From Psammoneis japonica (lineage: Eukaryota): DNA of 64,000 nt. Of the stretch, positions 61,095 through 64,000 are shown piece by piece. The DNA lies in the NCBI GenBank assembly GCA_008632985.1, contig QPGO01000014.1, forward strand, positions 434,001-498,000, in the 5' to 3' direction. A program made the translations under genes and the position numbers. The notes below the pieces were generated by a model. It searched no databases and was not told where the DNA came from. It saw only the letters and a list, made by a program, of their open reading frames with translations. The stretch's first letter is position 1. Each line of letters opens with the position of its first letter.

Positions 61095-64000
61095 ATGAGC
61101 CCAACGAAAACGCCGTCAAACGGCAGAAGGCTAAAGATGCGATGCCTATCTTGCGCCATCTTCGTTGCAACTTGGACGTTACTGTCGCTTTTGCCATGCG
61201 CCCATGCGGGATGGTCAAAGAGCATGAGCAAAAAGGACAAAATCATGCTTGACCAAGTCATGCAGGGCCGAATCGAGCTGCCAACCGACATGAAGTTTTT
61301 CGTCAAACATTTGAACCGAAAGGGTTTGAGATTTGCCAAAAGGCAAGCTCGAGGAAAAACCCTTGAGCAGCACCTTAAGGAACAAATGGTCGTGGCTTTG
61401 CATCCGCGTACTGGGAAAGCTTTGAAGAGATTGACCAAGAACGAAAACATTGCGTACGTCGAGCCGGTCCATAAAGTACGTGCAATGCCCTTTCGGAGAA
61501 CCAACAGCTCAGAGGTAGGACGAGGAAGGCGACAGCTTGCAGAATCCATTGCCTACGGCGTGAAAATGGTGCAGGCATCTGAGATCTGGAATATTCCACC
61601 AGTAGCAAAGACCAAGACATGCATTGTCGATAGTGGATATGGATTGGGTCACCCTGATTTGCCCGAAAACGTGACTGGAACATCGACAAGGACTGGGCTT
61701 TGGTACGAGGATTCGTACGCACATGGAACCCATATATCAGGAGTCATTGGCGCGAAAGGAGCTAACAATTTAGGCGTCGAGGGTGTCATAAGGACCCAAG
61801 TAGATACGTTGACTTTCATATTGCAAAGTCTCTGGACGGCAACGGAGAAGGAAACGAGGCCGATTTAACGGACGCATTTGAAGGATGCATCAAAGCCGGT
61901 GCCAAAGTCATAGCATGAGTTTGGGTGTTGAGGATCACAGCGAAACCTTCAAGGCGATTCTGAAGGATGCATACGATGATGGTGCTTTAATCATCTCTTC
62001 TGCCGGAAACGGCGGAGACTCGGCCTACTCATATCCTGCATCCTACCCATACGTCATGTCGGCAGCAGCTGTTGACAAGGACATGAACGTGGCTGGGTTC
62101 TCGCAATTTAACGACCAAGTCGAAATTGCAGCTCCAGGTGTTGACATAGTCTCGACTGTAACGCTGAACAGCGGGAGAGCTTTTGGATATGACAGTTGGA
62201 GTGGTACATCAATGGCGGCTCCTTTTGTTTCGGGGATTGCTGCAGTACTATTCTCACACTTTCCGGAATGTTCTAATCATCAAATAAGGGCTGTTCTCAT
62301 TCGAACGGCATTAAACGAGGATCTCGTCGAGTGTAGTGACGAGGTTGGGTTTGGCGTCGTACAAGCCAAGGCAGCCTATGATTTGTTGAAGAATAATGGA
62401 TGCATTGCTGGAGATGTCTCTCCAAGGCCGCTATCTGATGGTGCGTATGGAGGATGTGATCAAGATCCAAACTACGTTCCACCGCCAACAGGCGCACCAA
62501 CCACATTCGCCTGCGGAGACATTATATTTCGTCTCGAGCTCACAACGGACGAATGGGGAGAGGAAACATCCTGGACAGTGAAGAAATCCAACGGCGATGT
62601 TGTTGGCTCAGGGAGCGGTTACCGCAGCTCTACATCCTACACCGAAAATCTATGCCTTGCTCCCGATTCGTACACATTCACTATTCGCGATTCGGAGAGT
62701 GATGGAATTTGTTGTACGTACGGTCAAGGATCCTATTCCGTGACTTGGGATGGCATATTGATTCAATCAGGGGGGGCTTTCATGGACTTGGAAGAGATTC
62801 CATTAGGTAAATCGTTTAGCTTGGGGCCTAAGGTATCTCCAGATGGATTCCCCTCTGTATCAAATACCGGCTGCGAAGACGATGCCAGCTGGCAGTACAA
62901 TACCAAAAGGGGGGGGAAGAAAAAATGCAAGTACCTCAAGGCGAATCCATCTGCTAGATGCAACTTAATGGGACGGAACCAAACGGGGCAGTTGACGTCT
63001 GGCTACGATTCTTGTCCGCTTTCATGTGGTGGGTGTCATGCAAGTCTACCGGATGAGAAATCATCATCAACAAGCCCATCAACACCAGCACCAACGCCTT
63101 CGCCATCCCTTCTTCCTTCAACGTTATCTCCCACCAGACATCCGACGTTTTTACCGACTTTGAGTCCAAGCGGCTATCCAACTCCCACACCTACTTTTTC
63201 ACCTACAGGGCCGCCTACAAACCAACCAACGGAACATACGACGACTACGCCAACAGTGCGACCTTCGCAGAAACCCACATTGAGCCCAACTATTTCACCC
63301 ACCTTTTCACCTTCTCCGCAACCGACAGATACAGATCTGTCGCCGCCCCCTCCGCTACTTACTGTGAGTGTCCTCCAGACTCTTCAAGGGATCGATATGG
63401 GTAGTAGATTTGGTGTATGTGTTGAGTTCTCTGGAGATGGAAGCACAATGGCTGCAGGCGCCATCAACAAAAACACCGTCATTGCATATCGATGGGATGG
63501 CAATCAGTGGAATATTTTTGGACAAGTACTTCGTGGAAGTGGAAGTTTCGGTGGTCGTGTGGGGCTGAACGAGGACGGCACCATCCTGGTTGTCGGTGCG
63601 AGAAGTAACAATGATGGCGGCTACCAAGCTGGACAAGTCCAAACATTTCGGATCAACTCAGATGATAGATGGGTCCCTCATGGACAGCCAATTTTTGGAA
63701 AATCAGATGTTGATCACTTCGGCTGGGATGTGGCCATCTCAGATGACGGACGGACAATCGCCGCTGCTTCCTTTTCCGTGGTGATCTATCGCGACAAAAA
63801 GTGGATGCCGGCTATGTTCGAGTGTTTGCATGGGCTGGCAAATGGGTGCAATTAGGCAAGGATATTGAAGGTGATGTTGCTCATAGTTGGCTTGGTCGAG
63901 CCATCGCATTCGATTCAGCTGGACGTAGAATTGCCGTCGGGTTGCGAAAGGTGGAGATGGTGCAGGAAGTGTAAGGACTTTCGACTACGTAAATGGTGCC
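61095..64000 (+). CDS. Secreted subtilisin-like S8 peptidase with Pro/Thr-rich linker and FG-GAP-like repeats; 3' truncated; 1-bp deletions near 61790, 61911, 63772
   Basis: IVDSG, HGTHISG, SAGNGG, GTSMAAP catalytic motifs; PTxSPT repeats; FG..V.[LI]S.DG.T repeats. Confidence 0.88.

Noticed and set aside
4916..63800. Programmed ribosomal frameshifting or RNA editing as the explanation of frame breaks
   Set aside because: No common slippery motif; the pattern matches homopolymer deletion errors.

Overview
This is a gene-dense eukaryotic nuclear window, most likely from a diatom. Support: short GT-AG introns, two ER BiP genes ending in DDEL, and signal peptide + 'AF' plastid-targeting motifs. 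Host genes include an IQ-motif protein, a Nei/NEIL3-like glycosylase, a NYN-LOTUS nuclease, two inverted BiP paralogues, a UGT, an RWD-RING protein, DUF1295, NOX/FRE, an MFS transporter, PDZ-CRAL/TRIO, MYND-RING, an LCM-type methyltransferase, a GNAT and a subtilase. They alternate with five sharply bounded tracts (~17.7-22.8, 25.7-27.9, 34.5-36.1, 42.1-52.3, 58.7-60.2 kb) made of decayed transposons and gene fragments. The main signal is that these tracts have lost not only CpG but also TpA, with both converted to CpA/TpG. Internal duplicates, the TIR pair of a MULE-like element, and Tyr->His/Cys swaps in a decayed chlP fragment and a MYND finger show the TpA->CpA/TpG change directly. This points to a region-targeted hypermutation process opposite in direction to fungal RIP. 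Many host genes carry single-base deletions that are most likely long-read assembly errors. All family assignments come from motif recognition by eye, without database searches.
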